DNA from: the human T2T-CHM13v2.0 reference genome, Homo sapiens
Direction: 5' to 3' (one strand)
Length of the DNA stretch: 64,000 bases
Assembly: GCF_009914755.1 (NCBI RefSeq)
Contig: NC_060928.1
Shown: one piece after another, positions 26,397 to 39,582 of the stretch
How positions within the stretch are numbered: position 1 is the first letter of the stretch
How the letters are laid out: each line of letters starts with the position of its first letter
Position numbers and translations under genes: made by a program
Notes under the pieces: model-generated
The model's database searches: none
Seen by the model: only the letters and a program-made list of their open reading frames with translations
Told to the model about the DNA's origin: nothing

Positions 26397-27787
26397 AGTT
26401 TCTAGAAATTTTTATCTATTTATTGTACTCTAGAAATGGGTTACAGTTGACTTTATGTAGTTGGAGTTTGTGTGGGAAAATTTCATATTTAGGAGTCAGT
26501 CATTATCCTATCTTAAAAATAGGACAAATTTTTAAGAAATTGAATATTGTACTTCTTTCCTCTTCCCCAAAACTGTTAGATTCATTGTGATAAATAAACT
26601 AAATAGTTGTACCAATTATTATTTTATCTATTTTTTTATGTAATTGTCTTGGTGTTTGACTGATTTTAATATGTTAAACAAGAACATTGTAACTTTGGGA
26701 TAAGTTTTGGCGATATGGATTACTAGTATTCACCAATATCTCTGGTATTGCTTTCCTTGTACAAAAGAGACTAAAATTCTAATATTTCTTTTAATTAAGT
26801 GGGGCCATGTGTATATTTCTGGTCATTAAAACGTTTGTGGAAGAAATATATCATTTTTAGGCTAACACAGAAAATAAGTCATTAGGAAGTTATAGTCTCT
26901 CACTCTCCCCTGCTAGAAGAATAATGGAGGCGGCTTTACCTTGTAAGAGGGAAGCCGTAAGGTGGCGGTGGCTAAACTACTGCATGGGTTTACCCTATCC
27001 TGACAAATATGGCTTAGATATGGTTTGGAACAATCTCCTCAGGATAAGAACAGGTATCTAGGCTCCTATGTTTCACATACAAAAAATTAACTTTGCATAA
27101 TTCAAATAGCCATTAAATCATTAACAATTTTAAACTAAGTTCCTTAGAGGAAAAAGTTAGAAAAAATTCTTCATACATAATGTAATTAGGAAGCGGAAAA
27201 CTTCTTGTATCCCTCTGGAAGTCACATTTATCTACATATAAACTGTCAAATAAAATGGTACACTATTTAATGTAGGAAACTGCAACTTTATTATCTTAAA
27301 AAATAGGCAGCCAGCAATATTTATATATCAAGTTTGCTTAAAGGAGATATATTGAAAATTGGATGTTTGTGAACATACATTGCAAGACCTTTACAGATCT
27401 CCAAATTTGTAAAATTATACACAATATAGAAAATAGATATATAAAATGTATAAAATATACAAAGCACTCCAATACAAATTATATCTTTTAGTGAATATTT
27501 TAATTAATTTTCAAAAGAATAACATCCAAAATATCACTGTTAATTTAAGTTTAATTAATTTATTTTGATATTAAATTAATGTTTTCCTACTTAAATTAAG
27601 TATATCCTATAATTTATATATCATTATAGTAATGTTAATTATGAACAAGCTAAATTGACAAAGCTAAAATAGTAAGAGTAAATGATTGTGATTGATGCTG
27701 TCTTGTATGTGTGTGCTACAAACAGCATGAATGTATATTTAGAAACACATGTTTTCCCATTTTTTCCCATTACCGAATGTTTTAATT

Positions 27788-28330
27788 CTAACTGAAATGT
27801 ATTCTGTCTATGGCTGATCTCTTTGTGTTTTCTGCCTTGGTAGGGAATACTTTCTCAGTTATGTATTCAGCTGTTGCCTCCTTTCCTATTAACTTCACAT
27901 TATGCAAATGAAAATGCTTCTTAAAATTCTTGAACCAATCCTTGCCCATAAAATTGGTTGCTTCAAATGCTGTGCTGGTAACTTCAGCACCTGTGCTTAT
28001 AAGGAAACATTTTTTTTTTTTTACAGGCTTCTGGCATCTCCTTAAATCATATTTCCACCAATAATCACGTTTCCTATGCACATCTTCATACCACACATTA
28101 AATATTTTTTCAGCTGTCATAAATTATTCTCTTTTAAACTATTTACAACATTTTTACTGGCTGGAAAACTGTATGAAATAATTTTTATCTTTATTTCTAT
28201 ATGGAGATTGTAGAGTTAGCTGAGTCACAGTCAAATTCACCAAAATTTTCTATATTCTAGTTAAGATTTGCTCACATAGCTTCATTTTCAGGTCTTACAA
28301 GAAGCATTATCTTGGTTTTCTAGATGATTC
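27788..28330 (-). mobile_element. ancient Tigger/pogo transposase remnant (CENP-B-type HTH region)
   Basis: ORF 27788-28120 reads ...FNVWYED...FEAT..KDWFKNFKKHFHLHNVKLIGKEATAE...FP, matching the Tigger F-x-A-S-x-G-W-F-x-x-F-K-x-R...GE-A-A-S-A motif. Confidence 0.8.
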
Positions 28331-28613
28331 TCAGTAAGACACAGTGTTATTTATTATTTTGATTTTAAACTTAGAGTACTAGATATGGGATAATGAGTTG
28401 ACATGAGCTAAGCTGTACTGAAACATAGGCATTCATATTTACTAATTAGTTAACAAAACAATCTGACAATACAGCCTCATGTGTTCCATAAAAAACTACA
28501 AACACAAATATCACATATTATAAACACATGAGCACGTGAAAATAAACATATATCATAGAATTCATCAGTCTTTACTGAATACAAAAAACAGTTGTTTTTT
28601 ATTTCCCTGAATA

Positions 28614-29088
28614 CCACAATAACAAAGAGACGGAATCAACTTAAATGTCCATCAATAGAGAATTGTATAAAGAAAATGTGGTATATCTATTATGGGATAC
28701 TACTCAGCCATAAAAAAGAATGAAATCGTGTCTTTTGTAACAACATGGATGGAACTGGGGGCCATGAGCCTAACTGAAATAACTCACAACAGAAAGTCAA
28801 ATACCACATGTTATCGTGTACAAAGTGGGAGCTAAGCAATGGGAACACATGGACATCTAGACTTCTACAGGGGAATAATAGACATTGGAGATTACAAAAT
28901 GATAGACATTGGAGACTACAAAATATAGGAGGGTAGGGTAAGGTGAGGGTTGAAAAATTACATATTAGATACAGTGTTCACTGTTTGGGTGATGGGTACA
29001 CTAAAAAGCCAGACTTCACCAGTATGCAATATATGCATGTAAGAAAGCTGTTCTTGTACCTCCTAAATAAAATATACAAATAATAAAA
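28614..29088 (+). mobile_element. 5'-truncated L1 3' end (L1PB4/L1MA1-like)
   Basis: L1 ORF2 end and 3' UTR; perfect 13-bp TSD atttccctgaata (28601-28613 / 29089-29101). Confidence 0.9.
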
Positions 29089-30022
29089 ATTTCCCTGAAT
29101 ATCTAGAATGTAGTATATGTGCATTTAACATAGTCTTTTAATATAAGTTTGATAAATTTCAAGGTATTCTCCAGCCCTCTACCAGAGAGGAGTAAACTGG
29201 TAGGAATTTGTTTCTATTTTCTATCTCCAGCCACATGAACAAAATCTAGTGTCTTTTACCTAATTATGTATTTGTTTTACATGAAGAAAAGGATACACAG
29301 TAATTACTTAAGGATGAAATACATTTTACTGTAACAGCAAAAGTACTGCCAATTGGTAATGCATTTGGGTTACATAATACTATATTATTGATTAAAAATT
29401 TAGAGTGTCTTATCCCAACTAATTAATCACCAATGAGGTAGTTATATAATTCACAATTTATTAAAAAATACACTTTTTCATTTATTTCCATTTTTTATAC
29501 CAAAAAATGAGAGTAGCAATATATTTAGATTTCTTAGAATGGAAATTACATCTGTTAAAGTTTTTGACCATATGTTTTATTTCAGGCTCTCTTCTGATTA
29601 TAAAGAGCTGACAAAGAGTAGATTTGAAAGTTACATTTTGCATTCAAATGTTTTCAAACACATTTAATTAAGCCATTTTTAATGTCTGGTATCAGAAAAT
29701 ACACTTCAAGGAATCAAATCAGACTTTCCTGATGAGGCTTCTAAATTTTTCCTCTTGGGGAGGATAGTCAATGAGCAGTTATAGCACCCTGTAGGGGTCT
29801 GCAATTCCTCTTCTGAATTTAATATGCTAACAACCCCATTAACCATGAACTATACCAAGAACATTTCTAAATGTACATGAGTACATGAATTAATGGATTC
29901 CTGAATATTTTTGTCATTCACATGAAAATTTGACCCTGAGGTTAAGGTATCAATTTTTTGACAATTCTGATAGATATGGGTTACAGATTTGGCTTTTGGC
30001 AAAGTCATTCTGTAATCTAGAC

Positions 30023-30194
30023 CAGTGGTTCTCAAGTATAACTTGCTTCAGAATTATGTGAATGGCTTTATAAATATTCATACATTAGCCTGATCTCTTG
30101 TGGTTGTTACTCAGCAGTTTGGGAACTGCATCACAATATTTTATAAGCTTCCCCAAATGATTAGCTTGAATGTCAGTATTTGAGAAACTTTGCT
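30023..30194. mobile_element. MER5 hAT MITE
   Basis: cagtggttctcaa...tttgagaaactttg terminal repeats. Confidence 0.65.
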
Positions 30195-30289
30195 CCAAAC
30201 TAAGTTCTCACCATCTGAGTACCATACCTAGACTCAAAAGGAGAATCAGCATATTTAAGCAGTATAAGTTTTCTTTTCATTAAAATAAT

Positions 30290-30460
30290 CCATACATAAA
30301 TATATGTGCATACACATATATGAATATTATATAATATATAGTATACAAATATACACATGTAGGTGCATATATAATATATAACATATATATGTATTATAAG
30401 GTATACATATATAATATATAATATATGTGTATATATATTATATAAGTGTACACACACACA
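30290..30460. repeat. TA/CA-rich low-complexity tract
   Basis: degenerate (TA)n and (TATG)n. Confidence 0.85.
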
Positions 30461-30775
30461 TCAGATTTTCTTTTCCTTTTCTCCATGAGCCACCTGCTTT
30501 AGAGTTTTAGGATTTGACAGTATGAACAACAAGCAGTTTCCAACCACTTGTTTTTCCCGTACTAAATCAAGAGGTTTGGGTGGGGCCAATAATCTTCATA
30601 TATAACACATTCCCCAGATCAATACTTACAACTTAAGTCTTCCAATAGTGGGTAGGACAATGAAAAATGTCATTTGTTTATTGAGTGGCTATTTTCACTA
30701 TCAATGATTTCTAAAGATTCCCTTGTTTTCTCAAGGCAGAAGATTTTAATTATCCCATATGACACCTCCATACTC

Positions 30776-31146
30776 TGTATGGTTCGGCTTTGTATCCCCC
30801 TCAAATCTCATCTTGAATTGTAATTCCCATAATCCCTACTTGTCAAGGGAGAGACCAGTTGGGGTAATTGAATCATGGGGGTGGTTTCCCCCATGCTGTT
30901 CTCTCATGATAGTGAGTGAGTTCTCATGAGATCTGATGGTTTTATAAGGGAAAACCTTCACTCTGCACTTCTCCTTCCTGCCGCCTTGTGAAGAAGCTGC
31001 CTTGCTTCCCCTTCACCTTCTATCATGATTAAGTTTCCTGATGCCTCCCCAGCTGTGCTGAACCGTGAGTCAATTAAACTTCTTTCCTTTACTAATTATT
31101 CCATCTCAGGCAGTTCTTCATGGCAGTATGAAAACGGACTAAGACT
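30776..31146 (+). mobile_element. THE1D solo LTR
   Basis: aaatctcatcttgaattgtaattcccataatccc...ggtaattgaatcatggggg...gagtcaattaaac. Confidence 0.88.
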
Positions 31147-31799
31147 CGACTATGATTTCTCAATAATGAGGTGGAAGGCATGCCACAAATATTATTCCAA
31201 AGACTGTGTTAAGGCCCACATAATTTAACGGAGTACATCTTTTCTATTAGACAGGGCTATTTTGCCAAGTGAAGAAAAAAAAAAGAGAAGGGAAATAAGC
31301 ATACACTTTCACATATCATATATTTCTTGATATATTTAATCTTCCCCATAACTCAATTTTAATTAAGCATGGTTTTTATTTGAGTAACTTGACCAAGTTG
31401 ATGGAGTCAATGAATGGTGGAAACTGGATACAAATTTAGGTCGTTCTAATGTCAAATTTCATGAGTGTATATTACAGTTCTGCCAAAACTGTGGTGAAAA
31501 CAGTAGAAGGGAATGGAAACTTCTTAGTTAAGAGACTAGATAATGCTGGGCTGAATTCATTCTTTGGTCATTCTCTTGGTAAGACTAGTGCTGCAAATAT
31601 CTGGAATTCTGATTATTGATAACATTAAAATCTGCAGCTTCTATGTTTTTTAAAGTATATCCCTGATCAATATGCAACATCGTAAGGATGATTTTATTGT
31701 TGTACTATGTTCCAAATTTCTTAGAATATTGAAATAAAAATTAAATATTATTAATTTTTTTCAAGGCAGGGATCCAATACTGCTCAATATATCAATCAA

Positions 31800-34700
31800 T
31801 TTATTTTTATGTTTGTTTCTTCCAACTTTTCTTTTAGGTTCAGGGGGTACATGCACAGATTTGTTACACGGGATAATTGCGTGTCACTGGGGTTTGGTGT
31901 ACAAATGATTTCGTTACCCAGGTAGTGAGCTTAGTACCTGACAGGTAGTTATATTTTATCCTCATTCTCCACCTACCCTCCACCCTCAAGTAAATTTTGG
32001 TGTCTACTCTTCCTCTTTGTGTCCATGTATATTCAATGTTTAGTTCTCACTTATAAGTGAGACTATGTGATATTTGGTTTTCTATTCCTGTGTTATTTCA
32101 CTTAGGATAATCACCTTCAGCTTCCTCCATGTTGCTGCAAAAGATAGGACTTTCTCCTTTTTTATAGCTCAGTAGTATTCCATGATGTACATTTGTCACA
32201 TTTTCTTTATCAAGTCCAACATTAATGGGATTTTAGGTTGATTTCGTGTATTTCCTATTATAAAAACATGCTGCAATGAACACACATATGCGTGTGTCTT
32301 TATGGTAATAAGATTTATATTCCTTTAGGTGTATACCTCGTAATAGGATTGCTGGGTCAAATGGTCATTCTGTTTTAAATTCTTTGAGAAATATCCAAAC
32401 TACTTTACACAGTGGCTGAATTAATTTACATTCCCACCAGCAATGTATAAGCTTTCCCTTTTCTCTACAAGCTCACCAACATCTGTTGTTTCTTGACTTT
32501 CTAATAATAGCTAATCTGACTGATTCAAAATGATATCTCATTGTGGTTTTGATTTGCATTTCTCTAATAGTGATGTTGAACACTTTTTCATGTGTTTGTT
32601 GGCCTGTGTATGTTTTTTTGAGAAGTATCTGTTCATTTTCCTTTGCCCATTTTTTAAATGGGGTGTTTTTTTTTTCTGTTTATTTGTTTAAGTTTCTTAT
32701 AGATTCTGGATATTAGGCCATTGTTGGCTGTTTAGTCAACCTACACGATGGGAGAAAATATTTGCAAACTATGCTAGTCTATTGATAGTTTATTTTACTG
32801 TGCAGAATCAGGTCCCACTTGCTAATTTTTGTTTTTGTTGCAATTGCTTTTAACTTCTTCATCATGCAATCTTTGCTGGGGGCAATGTCCAGAATGGTAT
32901 TTCCTAGGTTTTCTAATAAAGTCTTTATAATTTTAGGTTTTATATTTAAGCCTTTAATCTATCCTGAGTTGTGTGTTTTGTACATAGTGAAAGAAGAGGT
33001 CCCGGTTCAATCTTCTACATATGGCTAGCCAGTTATCCCAGAATCATTTATTAGACACGGAGTCCTTTCTTCATTGCTTGTGATTGTCAACTTTGACAAA
33101 GATATGATGGTTGTAGATGTGCAGCTTTATTTATCAGTTCCCTAACTTGTTTCATTGGTCTATGAATCTGTTTCTCTACCAATACCTTGCGGTTTTGGTT
33201 TGGTAACTGTAAGCTTGTAGTATAGTTTGAATTTGGGGAGGGTGATGCCTCCAGCTTTGTTGTTTTTTATTAGGATTGCCTTGGCTTTTTGAGCTCTTTT
33301 TTGTTTTTATATGAATTTTAGAATTCATATAAAATTCATTTCTAATTCTGTGAAAACTAACATTAGTAGTTTGATTGGAATAGCATTGAATTGCTAAATT
33401 GCTTAGGACATTATGGTCATTTTCACAATATTTATTCTTTCTCTCCATGAGCATGGAATATTTTTCTATTTGTTTGTGTCATCTCATTTTTTTTCAGCAC
33501 TGTTTTGTAATTTTCGTTGTAGAGATCTTTTACCTTCCTGGTTTGCTGTATTGCTAGGTATCTCATTCTTTTTGTGGCTATTGTGAATGAAACTGTGTAT
33601 TGATTTGGCTCTCAGCTAGAATGTTATTGGTAAATAGAAGTATTACTGATTTTTTGTACATTGACTTTGTATCCTGAAATTTTACTAAAGTAATTGGTGA
33701 ATTCTAGGAGCCTTTGGCCAGAGACTATGAGGATTTTTAGGTTTAGAATAATACCATCTGCTAAGAGAGATAAGTCAACTTCCTCTCTTCCTATTTGGAC
33801 ACCTTTTATTTCTTTCTATTGTCTGATTGCTCTGGCTTAGACTTCCAGGACCACGTTGAATAGGGGTGCTAAGAGTGGGCATCTTTGTCTTCTTCTAGCC
33901 ATTAATGGTAATGCTTCCAGCTTTTGCCTGTTCAGGATGATGCTGGCTGTGGGTTTGTCACAGATGGCTCTTAATATTTTGAGGTATGTTCCCTCAATGC
34001 TTAGTTTGTTAAAGGTTTTTAACAAGAAGAGATGTTAAATTTTTTCTACAGTGTGTTCTACATCTATTGAGATAATCATGTGGTTTTGCCTTCAATTTTG
34101 TTTATGTGATAAATCAAATTTATTAATTTGCATATGTTGAAGCACTCTTACTTCCCAGGAATAAAGTCTACTTCATTATGGTGATGCAACTTTTTGATGT
34201 GCTGCTCGATTTGACTAGATAGTATTTTGTTGAGAATTTTTGTGTCTATATTTATCAGGGATACTAACATGACATTTTCTTTTTTTTCATTGTGTATCTG
34301 CCAGGTTTTGAAATCAGAATGATGCTGGTCCCTCCCCTCTGATATATTTTTAAATATTTTCATTAGGATTGGTACTAGCTCTTCTTAATATGTCTGAGAG
34401 ATTTCAGCTGTGCATCTGTCTGGTCGAGGGCTTTTTCTGGGTGATAGGATTTTTTGTTACTAAATTAATTTCTGAACTTGCTATTGGTTTGTTAGGGTAT
34501 TCAATTTCTTCCTGGTTCAGTATTAGGAAGCTGTAAGTTTGCAGAAATTTATTCGTTTCTTCTAGGCTTTCTAATTTATATGCATAGAAGTGTTTGTAAT
34601 TGTCACTAAGGGTTCTTTGTATATCTGTGAGGTTGATGGGAATGCCTCTTTTGTCATTTAAATAAACATTTAAAACTGATTATTATTAGTCTAGCTAGTG

Positions 34701-37700
34701 ATCTATCAGTCTTATTTATTCTTCAAAAAAAAAAAAACCTTTGTTTTTTAAATCTTTTGCATGTATTTTTGAGTCTCAGTTCCATTCAGTTCTGCTCTGA
34801 TTTTGGTTATTTCTTTTCTTCTGGTAGCTTCGGGGTTGGTTGATCTTGTTTAACTAGTTTCTGTAGGTGTGCTGTTAGCTTATTTAATTAAGTTGTTCCT
34901 GATGTTTTGATGTCAACATTTAGTGGGCTATAAACTTTCCTCTGAGTACTGTTTTAGCTGTATCCCAGAGATTCTGAGTATTGCTTTAGCTGTATGCCAG
35001 AGATTCTGCTATGTTGTATCTTTGTTTTCATTACTTTCAAAGAATTTCTTGATTTCTGCCTTAATTTCACTCTTTATCCAAAAGTCATTCAGGATTAGAT
35101 TGCTTAATTTCCATGTAATTGTATGGTTTTATGAGATATTATTTCTATTGAGTTCTTCTATTTTGTAGTGCTGTGGTCCAAGATGTGGTTGGTATAATTT
35201 TGGTTATTTTTGAATTTGTTGAGAATTATTTTATGGCTGAACATGTGTTCAATCTTAGAGTATGTGCCATGTGCAGATGAGAAAAATGTATACTCTGTTG
35301 TTGTTGGGTGGAGTGTTCTGTGGATGTCAGCTAGGTCCATTCAGTCATTTGTCTACTTTAGCTCCCAAATGTCTTTGTTGGTTTTGTGCCCTGTTGATCT
35401 GTGTAACACTGTCAGTTGAATGATGAAGTTGCCCACTTTTGTGGTTATCTAAGTCTCTTTGTAGGTCTCTAAGAACATCTTTCATGAATCTGGGTGCAAC
35501 AGTGTTGAGTGTACACATATTTAGGATCGTTAAGTCTTCTTGTTGAATTGAACCCTCTATCATTACGTAATGCCTTTCTTTGTCCTTTTTCATCATTTTT
35601 GGTTTGAAGTCTGTCTGAAATAAGACTAGCAACCACTGCTCTATTTTGTTTTCCATTTGCTTGATAGATTTTTCTTTATCCCTTTACTTTGATCCTATGT
35701 ATGCCATTGCATGTGAGATGGATCTCTCAAAGACAACATACAGATGGGTCCTGCTTCTTTATTCATCTTGCCACTCCATGCCTTATAGATGGGGTTATTA
35801 GCCCATTTACATTCAAGGTCAATATTGGTGTGTCAGGATTTGATCCTGCCATCATGTTGTTAGCTGTTTTTTTTTTTTTTTTTTTTTTATGTAGACTTGA
35901 TTGTATAGTTGCTTTATAGTATCACTTGTGTATATACTTAAGTGTGTTTTTGTGGTGGCAGGTAATGGTCTTTCATTTCCATGTTTAGTACTCCCTTAAG
36001 GACCTCTTGTAAGGCATGCCTGGTAGTAATGAATTCCCTTAGCATTTTCTTGTCTCAATAGGATTTTATTTATCTTTCACCTATGAAGCTTAGTTTGGCT
36101 GAATATAAAATTCTGATTGGGGCCATGCACAGTGGCTCAACTTGTAATTCCCGCACTTTGGTAGGCCAAGGCAGGAAAATCACCTGAACTCAGGAGTTCG
36201 AGGCCAGCCTGGGTAACATAATGAGTTTCTATCTTTACCAAAAAATTTTTAAAATTTACATAGACATGGTAGCATTAGCCTGTGGTCCCAGCTATTCAAG
36301 AGGTTGAGGTGGGAGGATTACTTAAGCCCAGAGTTCATGGCTGCTGTGAGATGCGATAGCATCACTACACTCCAACGAGGGTGACAGAGCAAGAACCTGT
36401 CTCAAAAAAAAAAAAAAAAAAAAAAGATTGGAATTTTTTTCTTTACAAATGCTGAATAGAGTCTCCTGGTCACCTCAGGTTTGTATGGTTTCTGCTGAAA
36501 GTTCTGCCTTTAGCCTAATGGGCTTCCCTTTGCATGCGACGTGCCCCTTTTCTCTAGCTGCCTTTAATATTTTTTATTTCAGATTGACCTTGGAGAATCT
36601 GATGACTATGTGTCTTGGGGAAGTTCATCTTATGTAGTATCTCACTGGGGTTCTCTGAATTTGCATGTTGACCTCTCTAGCAAGGTTGGGAAAATTTTAA
36701 TGAATAATGTCTACAAATATGTATTCCAGGTTGCTTGCTCTCTCTAACTCCTTCTGGGATGCTGATAAATCATAGATGTAGACTCTACATCATCCCATAT
36801 TTCTCAGAGGTTTTATTTATTAATTTTTTTTATTTTCTTTATTGTTGTCTGATTGGGTTGATTCGAAGAACTGGTCTTTGAGCTCTGAGATCCTTTCATC
36901 AGGTTAGTCTATGTTGCTGTTAATACTTCCAATTATATTACAAAATTTTTGTAGTCACTTTTTCAGCTCTAGAAGGTTAGTTTGGTTCTTTCTTAAAATG
37001 GCTATTTCATCTTTCATCTTGTTTTTTATTTTATTGGATTCCTTAGATTCCTTGGACTGGGTTTCTCCCTTCACCTGAACCTCAATGATGTTTGTTGCCA
37101 TCCAGATTCTGAATTTTATGTCTTTCATTTCATCCATTTCTGTTTAGTTAAGAATCATTGCTGGGCAGCTAGTGTGATCATTTGGTGGAAAGAAGACCCT
37201 CTGGCTTTTAGCATTACCAGAGTTCTTGTGTTGTTTCTTCCTCATCTGTATGGGCTGCATTCTTCTAATCTTTGAAGAATTAGAAGAATTCTAATTGTCC
37301 CTTGGATGGGGATTTTTGTTTATATAATATTTGATTCCCTTGAGGATCTAACTGTGATACAAGTTGGTTTTAGTTAATTGACTTTGTTTCTGAACTTCAG
37401 TGGAGCATGGTTCAGCTCAGCACTCCTGTGCCTAGTGCTCTAACCATAGGGTCTGGAGCCAGGCCCATGGGTTTTTGCTTTGGCCCCTAAAGGTTAAGAA
37501 CCTGGTGCCCTAGAGGGATCAAGGTATTCCCAGTCTACTGGCAACAACTGTATAATGAGAGGTGCTGGCAAAAACATTTGGGGGGTAGGCAGTCGTGGTG
37601 GGGGTCCTACATGCATACCAGCAGTAGGTTCCATGTGTGTGTGTTGGGAAAGCACTGAGGGGAGGCTGTGGGCGAGTGCATGATGGTGAAGCACCAGAGA

Positions 37701-38440
37701 GGCTGTGGGCAAGTGAGTGCCATTAGGGGAAGCTTACAAGTGGGTACTTGCTGGCAGGAACTCACCCACAGAAGCTCTCTGGCTGTTAGGCAGTGTCAGA
37801 TGGTGAAAGAGTTATAACAGTTGCTGCTGGCAAGTGCCTTGATTTGGCTGCTGAGGCCACGCTGCAAGCAAGTGCAGGTAGGCATGGACCCTGGAATAAG
37901 GCAGCAAATTGGAGAGTGCTCAGATCAGACTGGCCTAGTCCCATGGGCAAGATAACCCTGCTTGATCTAGGTCCAGCAGCTGACAAAGACTAAAGCTACC
38001 TAGAGGAGCATGGCAAGCCTTGGGGCATGGGCAGCCATGGCCATTCTCCACTGCAGCTGTTCCTATGCCGAACCCTCTGGGCTCCATGCAGGCTGAATTT
38101 CTGTCTCTGCCAACTCTCTGTGCAATTCCCCCTAACAGGTCAAGTGTCGATGGGGGTTATGAGGTCTCCCATAACTAGGATTCCAGAGGTCCATTGAGAG
38201 AGTGGGCCACTCCACGTCTATTTCACTCACCCCTTTCCCAGGAGCCACCCGGGGCCAGGAACAAGTCCTGGTGCCTGGCAACCCTGTGCAGGGTTCTCAG
38301 CTTCCTCCCCTTTCAGCCAGGGATCTGAGTCCCTTCTTTCCAAATATTTGTTCAGCGTGCCAATCTATGTGATGGTCTGGTCTCTCTTGGTGGGAGAAGC
38401 TTTTCCTGGCTGCATCTAGTAAGCCATCTTGGCTCCCTCC
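31800..38440 (-). mobile_element. near full-length L1 (L1PA15/16-like), both ORFs disrupted
   Basis: poly-T and 3' UTR at about 31800; ORF2 pieces ([22 protein letters not shown]; HPTTTEYTFFSSAHGTYSKIEHM; GSIQQEDLTILN); ORF1 piece at 36955-37137; 5' end gccatcttggctccctcc at 38440. Confidence 0.92.
36121..36425 (+). mobile_element. AluJ inserted in the L1
   Basis: AluJ-type features (cagcctgggtaacata; gggaggattacttaagccc); poly-A; short TSD gattgg (36115-36120 / 36426-36431). Confidence 0.88.
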
Positions 38441-39582
38441 TCTGAAGTAAGAGTATTTACATTTGAGAAAAATACAAGTTTAGTAGTATTTCAGGAAATT
38501 TTTCAGATATGTATTGAAGGGAAAGAATGAGACAAAGACTGTAAAGGATCTTCCCAGAGCATTTGTGAATTAAGATAAAACAAAAACACTTATAGTTTTA
38601 TTATAAATATATAAGATACCTCTTGTGCCCATCCCGTCTTTGTTAGATAAGCATACTGAATATAACATAATACAACTTTATTGAATTATAACATATTGAT
38701 GACATAAACACTACGATGCCTTAATGAATTATTTCATATTTTCAACCTTAGTATTAATACCAAAGTTCATCTAGAACTTAGTGTTCAATGCTGTTCTTTA
38801 AGCAGTCTTTCAAGGCACATTTTAAAGGGCTTTAGTTTTTAAAAAAGTTTTGTATTATTAAGGCTATGCTTCTGCTTCAGAAATATTGACATTGTGTAAG
38901 TCTACTAATACTAATACCTTATTTGTAATCCATACTTACAAATACTTATACTTACAAATACTTATTTGTAATCCATATTTCACTAATGTAGCCTATATTG
39001 TCTTATGGCAACAATCATACTTTGAAGCCCACAAATGATTTGCTCCCTTTATCCTGCCCCAATCATCTGAACATTTCCCACTCTCATTTCTTTTCCTTTC
39101 TCACCTTCTCTTCTTTTCTCATTTTGCCTTTCATTTGTCTGCCTATTTTCCCAAAGAACTATGCATAAGCAGAAGGTTATGCTTCATTGGCAACATATAG
39201 GAATTTGTATCAGCAGACACAAACTGTACATTAGCCTTGTCAGCTCTAATCACACTGACAGTTATTGTCAACTGCAATGCAGTTACCACAGTTTAGTTTG
39301 GGTCACTTCAATTACAAATCCTGACTATAGTGTGAGTACTGGTTTATGAAAGAAATCTTGAAGTAGATACCTCTTAATATAGGATGGGGAAAATCTTCAA
39401 AAGTTAATAATAACCTCAAGGGAAAATTTTTTCTGGATATGTTACTTAACTATACAAATTCAGATATGAGTAAATGTAAATATTTAGATTTATTTAGATT
39501 TTCATTTTAAGTTAAGTGGTCTGGACTCGTTATTATTATTGTCTTGTCTATCGATGCCTGGTTTCCAAACTAGCTGTATTAT

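Noticed and set aside
26077-26433. 118-aa ORF (and similar ORFs at 18798, 44811, 52053, 57513)
   Set aside because: Standard antisense Alu translations ([13 protein letters not shown]...)
30200-30457. Tyr/Ile-rich 85-aa ORF
   Set aside because: Translation of a TA-rich simple repeat
31790-38460. TSD or retrotransposition competence of the long L1
   Set aside because: No matching flanks found; ORFs have many stops, indels and an Alu insertion
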